Notes: a model not told the origin generated them from the sequence alone. Counted from the stretch's first letter, positions 1 through 11,063 are shown. The stretch: DNA of 64,000 nucleotides from an uncultured Phycisphaerales bacterium (GCA_963755915.1 CAVWLP010000002.1:1696001-1760000); one strand, 5' to 3'. Numbers and translations: made by a program.

Positions 1-1674
1 GCAAAGGACATCACGCTGATCGCGTCGCTGACGGGAAATACCGCGGAGGGAAAGGCGGTTTTGAGTGATCCGATCCTGCAGCGGAACGTGCTGGCGCAGG
101 CGAACCTGACTTTTCCGAACGGGATCGCGGCGGGGCTGGGGGATACGACCGACACGCGGGTGAATGCGGAGCAACTGGAGCTGCTGATCGCGGCAGCGCG
201 GGCGCGCGGGGATGCGGAGATGGAGGGGCGGTTTACTTCGATCCTGCGCGGTGAGATCGATTCGGGCAATGATGTGCGGGCGAATTCGCCGGACGATCTG
301 GTGGCGCTGACGAAGTTTGTGGGGGAGCTGAAGTCGGCGCCGGCGGGGCAATTGCCGCTCGTGAGAGCGTTCTTTGGAAGGCCGCTGAATGTGCTGATGC
401 TGCGGAATCTGACGGGGGATGTGCAGACATCGCTGGCGGCGGCGATGTATGGGACGGCGGGGGGGCATGTTCATGCCAATGGGCTGGCGATTGAGCTGTT
501 TGGCGCGGGATTGAAAATGGGGTGCGATCCGGGGCGGGGGGAGAGCTACTGGACGAGGGACCATGCGGAGTATTACAGCCAGCCGCCGGCGCATAACACG
601 GTGATCGTGGATGGGGTTTCGGATTATCGCGTGACGCCGCAGGAGCAAATCGGGATGACGGTGGAGCATTCGGAGCCGGCGTATTCGCTGACGGCTGAAT
701 CGTCGCCGGGGTTGTGCGCGAATATCGGGTTTGCGCAGTGCGGGTTTGAATATGACTCGCCCCCGGCGACGCAGCAGCGGACTTTGGCGCTGGTGCGGCC
801 GATGGAGGGAACGGGCGGGTTTTATTTCGACGTGTTTCGGTCGCGGGCTCAGCGGGGCGGGGCGCAATTTCATGATTATCTTTATCACGATATCGGGGAG
901 CTTGAGTCGCTGACGGATTCGGGAGGAAATCCGCTGCGCGTGGAGGCGACGAATCAGCTTCAGCATGACGGGAATCTGTTGCGGGGCTACAACTATTTTT
1001 CGAGGGAAAGGTCGATCAGGACGGAGGCGGGTTGGCGGGCGCGGTTTGGCATAGATGTCGGCGGCGTTGAGCGGCGGATGGATTTGTGGATGCCGGGGCA
1101 GGAGGGGCGGACAATTTTTTCGGTGGATGGGCCGGCGAACCATGAGATGCGGGACAATCAGAATGTCATGACCGCGCCGATGCCGACGATGATCGTTCGG
1201 CAGGAGGGGAGCGCGTGGGATCGGCCGTTTATCGCGGTGTATGAGCCTTCGACGGAGGAGCATCCGGCGAGCATCGGGGCGGTGGAGCTGGCAAAGATTT
1301 CGCCGCAGGATGGGGGGCTGGCGGCGTGTGTGGTGCGGGGGAAATCGTCAGCCTATAGAGCGGTTTTGTTGCAGGATGATCGCGCAGAGAGAAAACATGA
1401 AAACGTGGAGGGGGTTTCGTTTGCGGGAAGTTTTGGGGCGGTGATTCGGATCGCCGGGCAGGCGCCGGAGGTTTATCTGGGGAGTGGGACGATGATTTCT
1501 GATACAGGTGTCGCGGTGGAGGCGGCGGATCCAAAGGGAGGTGCGATTGGGGCGGCAGTTTGGCACGATGGCGACGGGTGGAGGTATTCGGCGACGGGGC
1601 GGGTTCGGGTGACGTTGGGTGTGGCGACGGTGATTTTGCCCGCGGCGGTGGATGGGAAGATTTCGGGGCCATAG
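1..1674 (+). CDS. Heparinase II/III-like polysaccharide lyase, 5'-partial
   Basis: Frame is open from base 1; motifs GGHVHANGLAIELF, DPGRG..Y and YYSQPPAHNTVIVDG typical of the heparinase II/III C-terminal domain. Confidence 0.75.
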   Translation, partial: AKDITLIASLTGNTAEGKAVLSDPILQRNVLAQANLTFPNGIAAGLGDTTDTRVNAEQLELLIAAARARGDAEMEGRFTSILRGEIDSGNDVRANSPDDLVALTKFVGELKSAPAGQLPLVRAFFGRPLNVLMLRNLTGDVQTSLAAAMYGTAGGHVHANGLAIELFGAGLKMGCDPGRGESYWTRDHAEYYSQPPAHNTVIVDGVSDYRVTPQEQIGMTVEHSEPAYSLTAESSPGLCANIGFAQCGFEYDSPPATQQRTLALVRPMEGTGGFYFDVFRSRAQRGGAQFHDYLYHDIGELESLTDSGGNPLRVEATNQLQHDGNLLRGYNYFSRERSIRTEAGWRARFGIDVGGVERRMDLWMPGQEGRTIFSVDGPANHEMRDNQNVMTAPMPTMIVRQEGSAWDRPFIAVYEPSTEEHPASIGAVELAKISPQDGGLAACVVRGKSSAYRAVLLQDDRAERKHENVEGVSFAGSFGAVIRIAGQAPEVYLGSGTMISDTGVAVEAADPKGGAIGAAVWHDGDGWRYSATGRVRVTLGVATVILPAAVDGKISGP

Positions 1675-1705
1675 ATGAGAAATCGGAATTTGTGGGGATC
1701 CGAAA

Positions 1706-1739
1706 ACGCGCCCCGCAAGCGGGGCGGCTACACAGGGAG
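1706..1739. repeat. GTAG-type REP-like hairpin, family A copy 1
   Basis: ACGCG-CCCCG-CAAG-CGGGG-CGGCTACACAGGGAG; related copies at 16031, 19201, 50171. Confidence 0.75.
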
Positions 1740-1765
1740 ATGGACGAGCTTTGCATCTTGGGATG

Positions 1766-2619
1766 TCATCTGGAATGCGGGACGCGGATTTTGATTTCGT
1801 AGTCGGAGCCGCCGTTGGTGTCGCAGAAATAAATGTTCAGGGCGTTGTCGGCTTTTTCCATGACGAGGGTGTCGCGGCCGGTCTGGGATTCGATTTGGGC
1901 GGAGGTGAAATCGAGGTTGGTGAAATCGATTTCATTGAAGGTGTGGGTTGCGTTGATGTCCCAGGGGTGATTGTTGATCTGGATGTTGGATGGCCAGTTT
2001 TCGGCGACGTGATTCCAGGTTGCGCCGGTGGGGGAGATGGTGAGAATGTCGCTGCCGTTGCCGATGGAGGCCTTGATGTCGAGGAGGGTGGAATCCGCGG
2101 GAAGGGTTGCGGGGGATGACGGGTTGGCTGCTGTGATTTGGGGAGGAAGATGAGGGCGATTCGATAGGGTGCAGCGCCGCTCTGGGGGTCGGCGAAGTGA
2201 ATGGCGATGCCGGTGGAGGTTTTTTCGAGGGCGACGGTGCCGCGGCCGTGGCGGCTTACGACGGTTGCGGTGGAGAGATCGGCATCGGAGAGGCCGACTT
2301 GGGCAAGCGTGCGGTGTGAGTCGGGATAAAAGCGTTTGTCATTGAGGGTCATAAATGGGGGAGGCTGCCAGGAGATGTGCCTGAGGGTGACGCCGCTGGG
2401 GGTGATGTTCAGGACGTCGCTGCCGTCGATCATGGCTTGAATTTCCAGGGGAATGAGCTGGTTTTCGGGGGTGACGGTTGCCTGGGCGGGGGACGGGGGC
2501 GCGGAGGGGTTTGAATTTTCGCCGAGGAAGAACCAGGCGATCAGAACGACGCAGAGTGCGCAGGCGAGGATCAAGGCGCTGATGGCGGCGGCGAGGAGGA
2601 GCTTTCTTTGGGAGGACAT
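1766..2619 (-). CDS. Membrane-anchored protein with two tandem homologous beta-rich domains (frameshift near 2110)
   Basis: N-terminal TM; domain 1 IQAMIDGSDVLNITPSG..HISWQPP..GRGTVALEK..FADPQSGAAPY; after the shift domain 2 IKASIGNGSDILTISPTG..HVAENWP..GRDTLVMEK..FCDTNGGSDY ending at TGA 1766. Confidence 0.65.
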
Positions 2620-2644
2620 GGAGCGGTCGATGGCGGTTTTTAGT

Positions 2645-4795
2645 TTACGACTCTTTCATCAGTAACAAAATTCTTGCGCTGAAAGGTTGGGGGGAATTCC
2701 AGGTGAGGGTTTCGTGGTCGAGAGAGATGGTTCCGTCTGTGCCGAAATTTTCTGCCATGCGCCAGTTTGCGGCGGGCAGGGGGACGTGAAGGGGTGAGGA
2801 TGGAGGGGAGGCGAATGTGTGCATCACCACTAGTGCGGATTGGTTGGCCGCGGATATTCGGCGGATCGCCTGCCAGCCGGTGGGGTGACGCCAGCTTTGG
2901 CCGATTTCGCCGAAGCGGTGGGAGATGCCGTCGCGGATGATCGTGGCGGCGCGGCGATAGATGTTCATCGCTTCCTGGACGCGTTGCCATTGGGCGGGCG
3001 TGAGGCGATCGATTTCGCCGCTGAGGCACATTCGGCCGAGGAAGGCAGCGGCGAGGCTGAAGTCGAGCCGGCGCGGGGAGTCGGCGGCGTGGAGGACGGC
3101 CCAGATCTGGCTTTGGCGCGGGAGCATCAGACGGTGCAGGTTGGCGGCGATGAGGGGGATTTCGGGAAGCTCATGGGCGTCGGAAAAACTGCTCATCGCG
3201 GTGCGCACCATCATGCCGGGCTCGAGGCGGTGGCCGCCGCTGGAGCAGTTTTCGATGACCAGGTCGGGAAGCTCGGCGCGGATGCGCTCGAAGAATTTAT
3301 AGACGGCGTCGATCTGTCGGCGGAGGGCTTCGCCGGGGCTTTCAGCGCCGTCGCAACCGAAGCCGATGGTTTCGTTGTAATCGACTTTCAGATAGCCGAA
3401 GTTGCAGTCGCGCAGGAGGGCGATGACGTGCTGGGAGAGGTAATCGACGGCGGCGGGGTTTTGCAGGTTCCAGAATCGGCGGTTGCGGACGGTGATGGGA
3501 ATGCCGTCGCGGTGAAGGAGCATGTCGACGAGTGAGAAGGCGGCGGAGCAGTCGCCGACGGTTTCCATTTCGAACCAGAGGCCGGGGATGAGCCCGCGCT
3601 GGCGGATGGCGGCGGCGGTGGTGGCGAGGCCTTCGGGGAAAAGTTTGGGGCTGGGGATCCAGTCGCCATGGCCGGTGGACCAGTCGCTGCCTTCGGTTTT
3701 GTACCAGCCGGCGTCGATGACGAGATATTTGATCGGCGAGCCCGCGAGGCGATCCGCGATGGCGACGAGTCGCTGGTGGCTTGGGTCGCCCCAGGTGGTG
3801 CACCATTCGTTGAAGACGATCGGCAGGTCGTGCTCGACCGCCGGCTGAGATTTGAGATGGCGGGCCTGGGCGGCGGTAAGGCGGTCGCAGAGGTCGTCGA
3901 GCGTGCCGGCGACGCAGGCGACGGTTGCGGGGGGAGTGGTGAAGGATTCGCCGGGGGAGAGGGTTTTCGTCCAGTGGCCGTATTCGCGATCGGCGATTCC
4001 GCCGCTGATGGAGAGGTCGTCATTCTGACGGGAGATTTCGAGTTGCCAGGAGCCTGCCCAGGAAAGCTGCGCCCCAGAGGACGCCGGCGGCGAGGTCTTC
4101 GACGGCGACGAAGGGAAACCAGCCGCGGACGGGCATGGAGCCGATCTGTCCGAAGCGTTCGCTGAAGAGGCCGGAGCCGCTCCAGCTTCGTTCGAGGTGG
4201 AGCTGTTCGATCGTTTGCGAATCGAGCCGCCCTTCGGCCTCCAGACGCTGCGGAAGCGGTGGACGCGGAGGCGGTTTGGGGCGTCGGCCGGATCGAACGG
4301 CGTGATTCCGCCGAGGGAGAAGGTGGTGAGCATTTCGAGGGTGACGGGCTTGGGGGACGCGTTGGAAATCGTCGTGTTGATTTGGGCGGCGGATTCGTTT
4401 TCGTGCCAGGTGAGGCGATGTTGAAGCGTCACAGCTTCGGGGGATCGTAATTCGGTGAGGATTGTGGTGACGCCATCTTTTTCGATGCGCTGCTGGTTGG
4501 CGAATTTGAAGCGATCGTTGGAGGGCGCGCTGCGCATGGTTCGGCCCTGGGCGAAAGCGCCGGGGTAGGGGTCGCCGACGATTTTTAGATGGACGAGTGG
4601 ATCTACGGCGATGGCCGGAGGCGGATTGGGATCGGGCAGGGCGTCGATGAACGGTTCACCGCGAAGGGTCTGCCGGCGCGAGGCGAGCTGATTGGCTTTG
4701 AATTTTGGGAAGAGGGTCAGGCCGACGCGGCCATGGGAGTCGGTGAGATACTGCGCCACGGTGTCGGCGAAGGGGAAGGAGGAGAGGGTTTGCAT
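2645..4795 (-). CDS. Alpha-galactosidase, GH36 (two compensating frameshifts near 4240 and 4075)
   Basis: PIVFNEWC, YLVIDAGWY, PGLWFEME, YLKVDYN, IENCSSGGHR motifs. Confidence 0.88.
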   Translation of the reverse strand: MQTLSSFPFADTVAQYLTDSHGRVGLTLFPKFKANQLASRRQTLRGEPFIDALPDPNPPPAIAVDPLVHLKIVGDPYPGAFAQGRTMRSAPSNDRFKFANQQRIEKDGVTTILTELRSPEAVTLQHRLTWHENESAAQINTTISNASPKPVTLEMLTTFSLGGITPFDPADAPNRLRVHRFRSVWRPKGGSIRKRSNSSTSNEAGAAPASSANASDRSAPCPSAAGFPSSPSKTSPPASSGAQLSWAGSWQLEISRQNDDLSISGGIADREYGHWTKTLSPGESFTTPPATVACVAGTLDDLCDRLTAAQARHLKSQPAVEHDLPIVFNEWCTTWGDPSHQRLVAIADRLAGSPIKYLVIDAGWYKTEGSDWSTGHGDWIPSPKLFPEGLATTAAAIRQRGLIPGLWFEMETVGDCSAAFSLVDMLLHRDGIPITVRNRRFWNLQNPAAVDYLSQHVIALLRDCNFGYLKVDYNETIGFGCDGAESPGEALRRQIDAVYKFFERIRAELPDLVIENCSSGGHRLEPGMMVRTAMSSFSDAHELPEIPLIAANLHRLMLPRQSQIWAVLHAADSPRRLDFSLAAAFLGRMCLSGEIDRLTPAQWQRVQEAMNIYRRAATIIRDGISHRFGEIGQSWRHPTGWQAIRRISAANQSALVVMHTFASPPSSPLHVPLPAANWRMAENFGTDGTISLDHETLTWNSPQPFSARILLLMKES

Positions 4796-5091
4796 TCGTC
4801 GGGTGCATTCTAATGGATTCGCGGCCACAGTCTGTGCCGGGCCTGGTCTCCATTTATGTTGTATAGTGGTTCGTCTCTGATTGCGGCATAAAGGGCGGGG
4901 ATTGCGTCAAAGGTTTCCGGCTACTTTCACTATTTGCCACATGGTAAATACGCGGTAGTTCTATGACGCATGCGACAGGTTTCTTTATATAAGTTGTTTA
5001 TTTAAAGAGTATTATAATTTTAACATCGTCTTTATCTATTAATTACCTCACATATCCCATAGATTATTGTTCAGATCAGGGCAGAATTTAT

Positions 5092-5120
5092 TTGCAATTT
5101 GTAAAAGGCTGTGAGATAAT
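5092..5120 (+). promoter_or_regulatory. Sigma70-like promoter in AT-rich divergent intergenic region
   Basis: TTGCAA-17 nt-GATAAT upstream of the ATG at 5160. Confidence 0.45.
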
Positions 5121-5159
5121 CGTTTTAAGCATATAGGTCTCATCTAATTGGAGGGCAAA

Positions 5160-6995
5160 ATGTCGAATACTGGGCGCGTTGTCGCGTGCAATTCCGGGAA
5201 GAAATCGAATCGGTTCAGTTCATCGGGCAAGTGGCTTGCGGCTGCTGCCGGCGCGGCGTGGGTGCAGATTTTGCCTTCGTCGCATGGATGGCAGACAGCT
5301 CGGGCCGATGTGGTCGTTTGGACGGCCGCGAGCAGCACTAGCTGGGACGGTACGAGTTCGAACTGGAACGATCTTACAAATCCGCCCACGACAACTTACG
5401 CGGATGGTGATGCGGTGCAGTTTTCAGGGTCGTCGCCTGGGGGAAATGTTGTCATCGGCAACGTAACGGGATCAACCCCCAATGGCGTTTCGCCGGCTTC
5501 AGTTGAGTTCACCTCCGGAAGTGACAGCTACACCTTCACCAACGCCAGCGGGGATACAAATGGTATCCAGGGCGCCGCGACCGTGACTCTCGATTCGGGG
5601 TACAGCGGAACGGCGTTCTTCAACAATACAAACACTTATACCGGTCAAACCACGATCGATGGCGGCTCACTTGAGATAAACGGTAGCATGACGGCGCCTT
5701 ATGGCGTCGGCAATAGCCCTATCGTGCTTGGCGGCGGAACACTGGCGCTTCATCAATCGGGCACCCTCAACTCAAACAATTCGATTACGGTCACTTCCGG
5801 AACCACCACGAGCGCAATTGCCGCGGGATCGACCGGGTATAACTGGGTCTATTCGGGCGCAGTGTCGAGTTCCGCCGGCGCGACCGCAACCAATACCGTT
5901 CTGAATTTTCTAGGTGGCAATACCAATACCCTTTCGACTCTGTCCGGCTTTACCGGCACGGTCGAACTTGGCGGCGATGGCGGTGGTTCCGTCCGCCTGA
6001 ATGACGGCGCGGCGACTGCTGCCGCGGGCGGCAGCGCCACGGCGATCTTCGATCTCGGCACCAGCACCGCGACCCTCGCATCCTATAACGGCGGAGGCGC
6101 CGCTCTGGCCGACGCGATTCCGCTTGGTGCTATCGAGGGAAGCGGCGCTAGCTTCCTCAGAGGCGCCGGACACTCCGGCAGCACGGTTTTTGCCATCGGC
6201 GGTTTGGGGCTGACCACCAGCTTCTCCGGCACGATTGAAAACGGTAGTGGCAGTGGCTCGCCTCCCCTAGGTCTCGAAATCGTCGGCGGTGCTTTGACGC
6301 TGACCGGCAATAACACCTACGGCGGGCTTTCGGGTCTCGTGGGCACCAGCATCGAGAACGGGGCACTCTACGCCAACAACACCACCAGCTCGACAGGAAC
6401 CGGCGGCGTCCTCGTCGCCGGCAAAACCGGCATCGGCGCCGGCTACGGCATCCTTGGCGGCAACGGAACCGTACTCGACGGCACCACCGTTAACAGCCCC
6501 ACCGCAGGCGTCTCTTCATTCGCAGAAGGTGGCCTCATTGCTCCAGGCGTTTCGGGCGTCTCAGGACCGGTCGGAACGCTCACGCTCACCGGCGGCCTGA
6601 CCCTCAACGACTGGACGAATCTGGCCTACACCCTCAATGACACGAACGCTTCCGGAAACGATCTGATTTCAACCCTCAACACCAACCTGACTCTTTCCGG
6701 CAACAGCCTGACGCAGGTCGCCTTCGCCTTTGATAACGGCGACCCGGCACTTGGTGTTCCCTACGATCTCATCAACTACGGTACGGGCACTCTCGGCTAT
6801 GTCGCCGGGGGCAGCAATGCAAGTGTTTCCGGCTGGACTGCCACGGGCGTGCCAGGCGGCGATACCGCCACATTCAGCACCCCGGGCAACGGACAGGTGG
6901 ACGTTACCTTCACTCCGGTGCCGGAACCGGCGACAATCGGAATGCTGGGCATCGCTTCACTTGGCCTGATGCGTCGCCGCAAAGCCCGGGCATGA
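5160..6995 (+). CDS. PEP-CTERM surface protein with autotransporter-associated beta-strand repeats
   Basis: C-terminal VPEPATIGMLGIASLGLMRRRK; repeats NTNTYTGQTTIDGGSLEI and LTLTGNNTYGG; Gly/Ser/Thr/Asn-rich. Confidence 0.9.
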   Translation: MSNTGRVVACNSGKKSNRFSSSGKWLAAAAGAAWVQILPSSHGWQTARADVVVWTAASSTSWDGTSSNWNDLTNPPTTTYADGDAVQFSGSSPGGNVVIGNVTGSTPNGVSPASVEFTSGSDSYTFTNASGDTNGIQGAATVTLDSGYSGTAFFNNTNTYTGQTTIDGGSLEINGSMTAPYGVGNSPIVLGGGTLALHQSGTLNSNNSITVTSGTTTSAIAAGSTGYNWVYSGAVSSSAGATATNTVLNFLGGNTNTLSTLSGFTGTVELGGDGGGSVRLNDGAATAAAGGSATAIFDLGTSTATLASYNGGGAALADAIPLGAIEGSGASFLRGAGHSGSTVFAIGGLGLTTSFSGTIENGSGSGSPPLGLEIVGGALTLTGNNTYGGLSGLVGTSIENGALYANNTTSSTGTGGVLVAGKTGIGAGYGILGGNGTVLDGTTVNSPTAGVSSFAEGGLIAPGVSGVSGPVGTLTLTGGLTLNDWTNLAYTLNDTNASGNDLISTLNTNLTLSGNSLTQVAFAFDNGDPALGVPYDLINYGTGTLGYVAGGSNASVSGWTATGVPGGDTATFSTPGNGQVDVTFTPVPEPATIGMLGIASLGLMRRRKARA

Positions 6996-7032
6996 TTTGA
7001 AGTGCCTGAGACTCCTCCGATTAGACAAATTT

Positions 7033-7073
7033 CTGCCCGGCTTGCTTCGGTAAGCCGGGCAGTTTTGTTTTTT
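7033..7073 (+). terminator. Intrinsic terminator
   Basis: CTGCCCGGCTTGC-TTCG-GTAAGCCGGGCAG followed by TTTTGTTTTTT. Confidence 0.85.
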
Positions 7074-7184
7074 GGGGTACCGCGCCATTTGCAGGCCGTC
7101 CGCATTCAGACAAAGGTCAACGGACCATCGGAGATGAGACGCTGATTGGTTGGGATTGCTGCGGCGGCTAAGATTCTATCGGGA

Positions 7185-9352
7185 ATGCCCGGTACGCGAA
7201 TCGAAAATTTGTTTGATCTGGCGCTTCAGCACCAGCGAGCCGGCCGGCTGAAAGAGGCGGAGGCGGCCTATCGGCAGGTTCTTGCCGCAGCGCCCCAGCA
7301 CGTCGATGCCCTTCAAAACCTGGGGCTGATCGTGCAGCAGACGGGACGGATGCAGCTTGCGGTGGATTTGATCGGCAAAGCCGTGCAGTTGCGGCCGGGG
7401 TATGCCCGTGCGGTGAGCAATCTGGCCCGGGCGCTACAGGACAATGGACAGATTGATGAAGCGGTTGCGACGGCGCGGCGTGCGATTGGGCTCAAGCCGG
7501 CGCTCGGCGAGGCGTTTAATAACCTGGCGAGCGCGCTGATTGCAAAAGGAGAATTCGATGAGGCGATTTCAGCCTGCCGGCAGGCGATTGCCATCAATCC
7601 GAAATTGTTTCAGGCGTATGGAAATCTTGGCACGGCGCTTACCGCCAGGGAACAATTTGCAGAGGCGATTGGGGCCTATCGGCAGTTGATCGCGCTGAAG
7701 CCTGACGTTGCCCAGGCGCATTTTAATTTAGGGGATGCGCTAACAAAAACCGGTCGGCTTGATGACGCGATCGCGGAATATCGCCGGGCGGTTGAATTGA
7801 AGCCGGATTACGTCGAGTGCCTGACCGAACTTGGATGTGCTTTGCAAACCAAGGGATTTGTGGGTCTGGCCATCGAGGCTTACCGCAAGGCGCTGGCGCT
7901 GAATCCGGAGCTCGGCGAGGCGCATGGCAATTTGGGCAACGCGCTGCGGGATAAGGGTGAACTGGACGAAGCCATCGCGCATCATCAGCGGGCGATTGTT
8001 CTTATGCCCAATTCTGCCCTGGCGCAAAACAATCTGGGAAGCGCGTTGCTGGGCGCGCAGAGCTTGATGACGCGATTGCCGCCTACAAGCGGGCCCTGGA
8101 GCTGAAGCCCGGTTATGCGGATGCGGACAGCAATCTGATTTTGGCGCTGCTTTATCGAAGCGGAGATGACGATGCGCTGATTGCTTCGCAGTGCCGCGCG
8201 TGGTCGGACGCGCATGTTCAGCCGCATCGATTTGAGATGGTTGGACATGCGAACGAGCGATTGCCGGAGCGGCGGCTGCGGATTGGATATGTTTCGGGGG
8301 ATTTGCGAAGGCATCCAGTCGGATATTTTTTGCAGCCGTTGCTGGAGCATCATGACCGCGGAAATTTTGAGGTTTACGGTTACTCGAACTCGAGAATTTC
8401 GGATGAGCATACGAAATGCCTAAGGGCATTTTGCGATGTGTGGCGCGATGTTGTGGACTTGCCGGATGAACAGGCGGCTTCGCAGATAAGGGAGGATGCT
8501 ATAGATGTTCTGATCGACCTGGGTGCGCATATGCGCGACAACCGCCTGATGGTGCTGGCGCGGAAGCCCGCACCGGTGCAGGTTGCGCATCTGGCGTACC
8601 CGGCGAGAATCGGGCTGGAAAGCATCGACTATCGGTTTACCGATCCGTATCTGGATCCTCCCGGCGAGGAGCCGGCGGGGGAACGAATCTTTCGCCTGCC
8701 GCATACTTACTGGTGCTATGTGCCGCCAATGGAGGCGGGGGAGATCGCTGAGCCGCCGATGTTGCGCGCGGGATTTGTCACCTTCGGGTGCCTGAATAAT
8801 TTTGCCAAGGTTTCGCCGGCGGCGCTGGAGGTGTGGAGGAAAATCCTTGTCGCTGTTCCGGAATCCCGTCTGCTGCTGCACGCGCTGGAGGGAAGTCATC
8901 GTGATCGAGTGTGGGAAATGTTTTTACAAGCGGGAATCGATCGTGGACGAGTGAGTTTCGTGGGGTGGATGAGTTCGAAGGAGCACATGGATCAATACCA
9001 GCGGATCGATATCGCGCTGGATCCGTTTCCCTTTGCCGGAGGGACGACGACGTGCAACGCACTTTGGATGGGCGTCCCGGTGGTGACTCTTGCCGGGCGA
9101 ACCTCCATCGGACGAGGGGGAGTAAGTATTCTGAGCAATGTGGGGCTTACGGAATTGATCGCGGGGAACCGGGAAGAATATGTACGGATCGCCGCGGAGC
9201 TGGCGGGCGATGCGCGCCGGTTGAATGAATACCGTGTGACGATGCGGGAGAAAATGCGGCAATCGCCGCTGATGGATGGGGAGGCGTATGCCCGGGGAAT
9301 TGAGGGGGCGTATCGGGAATTGTGGCGGAGATGGTGCTGCCGGCAGCCATGA
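7185..9352 (+). CDS. TPR-repeat GT41 (SPINDLY/OGT-like) protein glycosyltransferase (frameshift near 8060)
   Basis: Multiple TPRs then RLRIGYVSGDLRRHPV, RKPAPVQV, DIALDPFPFAGGTTTCNALWMGVPVVTLAG. Confidence 0.88.
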
Positions 9353-9397
9353 TTTGGAGCACTCGCCGTTGGGCGAGCGGGTATCTACAATAACGTC

Positions 9398-10102
9398 GTG
9401 AAATCAACGCCTGAGGAAATCCGCGCCGGTTCGATCGGGAAGTCGAGCGTTTTTCGGTGCTGGAGACGGGGCAGACCGCGACCATGGATGCGCCGCTGGT
9501 TCTGGAAATGATGACTGCGGCCGCGGCATCGGTGTCTCCGGCTGCGAAGCGCCTGCTCGATGTCGGTTGCGGGGCGGGAAATTATTCGCTTAAGATGCTT
9601 GGGCGCCTGCCGAAGCTTGACGTTACGCTGGTTGACCTCAGCAAGCCGATGCTGGACCGGGCACGGGAGCGAATCTCGGCCGCGGGGGCCGAAAAAGTTG
9701 AGACGATCCAGGGCGATGTGCGCGAAATCGAGCTGGGGGAGAAGCGCTTCGACATCATTCTCGCGGCGGCCGTGCTGCACCATCTGCGCGAGGAAGCGGA
9801 GTGGCGATCCGTCTTCGCAAAATTTTATCGCGCTCGCGCCGGGGGGATCGATCTGGATTTCGGACATGGTCCAGCACACGTTTGCGCCGGTGGAGGCGGA
9901 GATGAAAAGGCGCTATGGGGAATACCTGGTGAACCTCAAAGGGGAGCAGCATCGCGACGCGGTTTTCGCATATGTTGAGAAGGAGGATTCGCCGCGCAGC
10001 CTGGTTTTTCAGATCGATCTGCTTCGCGAGGTGGGGTTTAAGAAGGTGGAAGTGCTGCACAAAAACGCCATCTTCGCGGCGTTTGGGGCGCTCAAGGAAT
10101 AG
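9398..10102 (+). CDS. Class I SAM-dependent methyltransferase (frameshifts near 9428 and 9835)
   Basis: GTG start gives MKSTPEEIRA..; LLDVGCGAGN, VDLSKPML, VLHHL motifs. Confidence 0.8.
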
Positions 10103-10107
10103 ATTGG

Positions 10108-10368
10108 TTATTGCTGCTCGCTGGCGGATTGGGTGAGGATGGTGAGCTTGTTGTCCTTCATCTGGGCGACGCCGCCGCTGATCTGAAACATTTTCCGCTG
10201 CCCGGAGGCGAGATCGAGGCGCAGCGGGCCTTTGCCAAGCTTGGCAAGGAGGGGGGCGCGGTTGGTTAGGATGCCCAGCAGGCCGTCGACGGCGGGGATG
10301 ATCGCCTGGGTGAGGGACTTATCCAGCAGTTGTTGTTCGGGGGTAACCAGGACACAGGAAAAGGCCAT
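10108..10368 (-). CDS. atpC: F1 ATP synthase epsilon subunit, N-terminal domain only
   Basis: VLVTPE..IPAVDGLLGILTNRAPLLAKLGKG..ISGGVAQMKDNKLTILT. Confidence 0.8.
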   Translation of the reverse strand: MAFSCVLVTPEQQLLDKSLTQAIIPAVDGLLGILTNRAPLLAKLGKGPLRLDLASGQRKMFQISGGVAQMKDNKLTILTQSASEQQ

Positions 10369-10452
10369 AAATCGCTCCAATACGAGGCACAACAGCGGGA
10401 AAAGAGTTTAGAGGTAGGGAGTCTTTAGGTCAATTTGGCGGCGGAAAAGGCG

Positions 10453-10480
10453 TTGCCAAAGCCATCGGTTGATATATGAT
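10453..10480 (+). promoter_or_regulatory. Putative sigma70 promoter of greA-tRNA-Thr
   Basis: TTGCCA-16 nt-TATGAT. Confidence 0.4.
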
Positions 10481-10562
10481 TATGCCTACAGGATTTGACC
10501 ACCGCGCGGCATTACGCGGTGGTCCGTGTTTTTTTGGCAGGCATCGGACAGGAGCCGGCATC

Positions 10563-11030
10563 ATGCAGTTCGTCAGTGCGCAGGAAAAACAGGCCATGGA
10601 GCAAAAGCGCGAGGAGCTTTACAAGGCTCAGATCGACGTTCAGGATCGGATTCGCAAAGCGGCCAGCCTGGGGGACCTGTCGGAAAATGCCGAGTATCAC
10701 TTCGCCAAGGAGGAGAATCGCAACATCCAGCGGCAGCTTGCCGAGCTGGAGGCGAAGATCAAGAACATTTCGGTGGTCTCGAACGACGCGGTTCCGGACA
10801 ACATGGTTTTCATCGGGCACATTGTGAAGCTGATGGACCTGGACGATGAGAGCCAAATGATGGTGCGGATTGTGGGCGAAGCGCAGCCGGCCGCCGGTGC
10901 AGATATTACCAACGTGAGCGCGAACAGCCCGATGGGGGAGGCGCTGATCAAGGCGAGGGTTGGCGACACAGTGAAGGTGAGGGCGCCGCGCGGGACGATG
11001 GAATTCAAGATCCTCGAAATTGCGGGATAG
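10563..11030 (+). CDS. greA: Transcription elongation factor GreA
   Basis: GDLSENAEYHFAKE and SANSPMGEALI..GDTVKVRAPRG motifs. Confidence 0.93.
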   Translation: MQFVSAQEKQAMEQKREELYKAQIDVQDRIRKAASLGDLSENAEYHFAKEENRNIQRQLAELEAKIKNISVVSNDAVPDNMVFIGHIVKLMDLDDESQMMVRIVGEAQPAAGADITNVSANSPMGEALIKARVGDTVKVRAPRGTMEFKILEIAG

Positions 11031-11063
11031 TTGGGCTGGCGCTAGTTGTCGCGGGCTTTCATC

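Noticed and set aside
4860-5150. Replication origin or dif site in the AT-rich stretch
   Set aside because: No DnaA-box cluster or XerC/XerD dif match seen; consistent with a divergent promoter region
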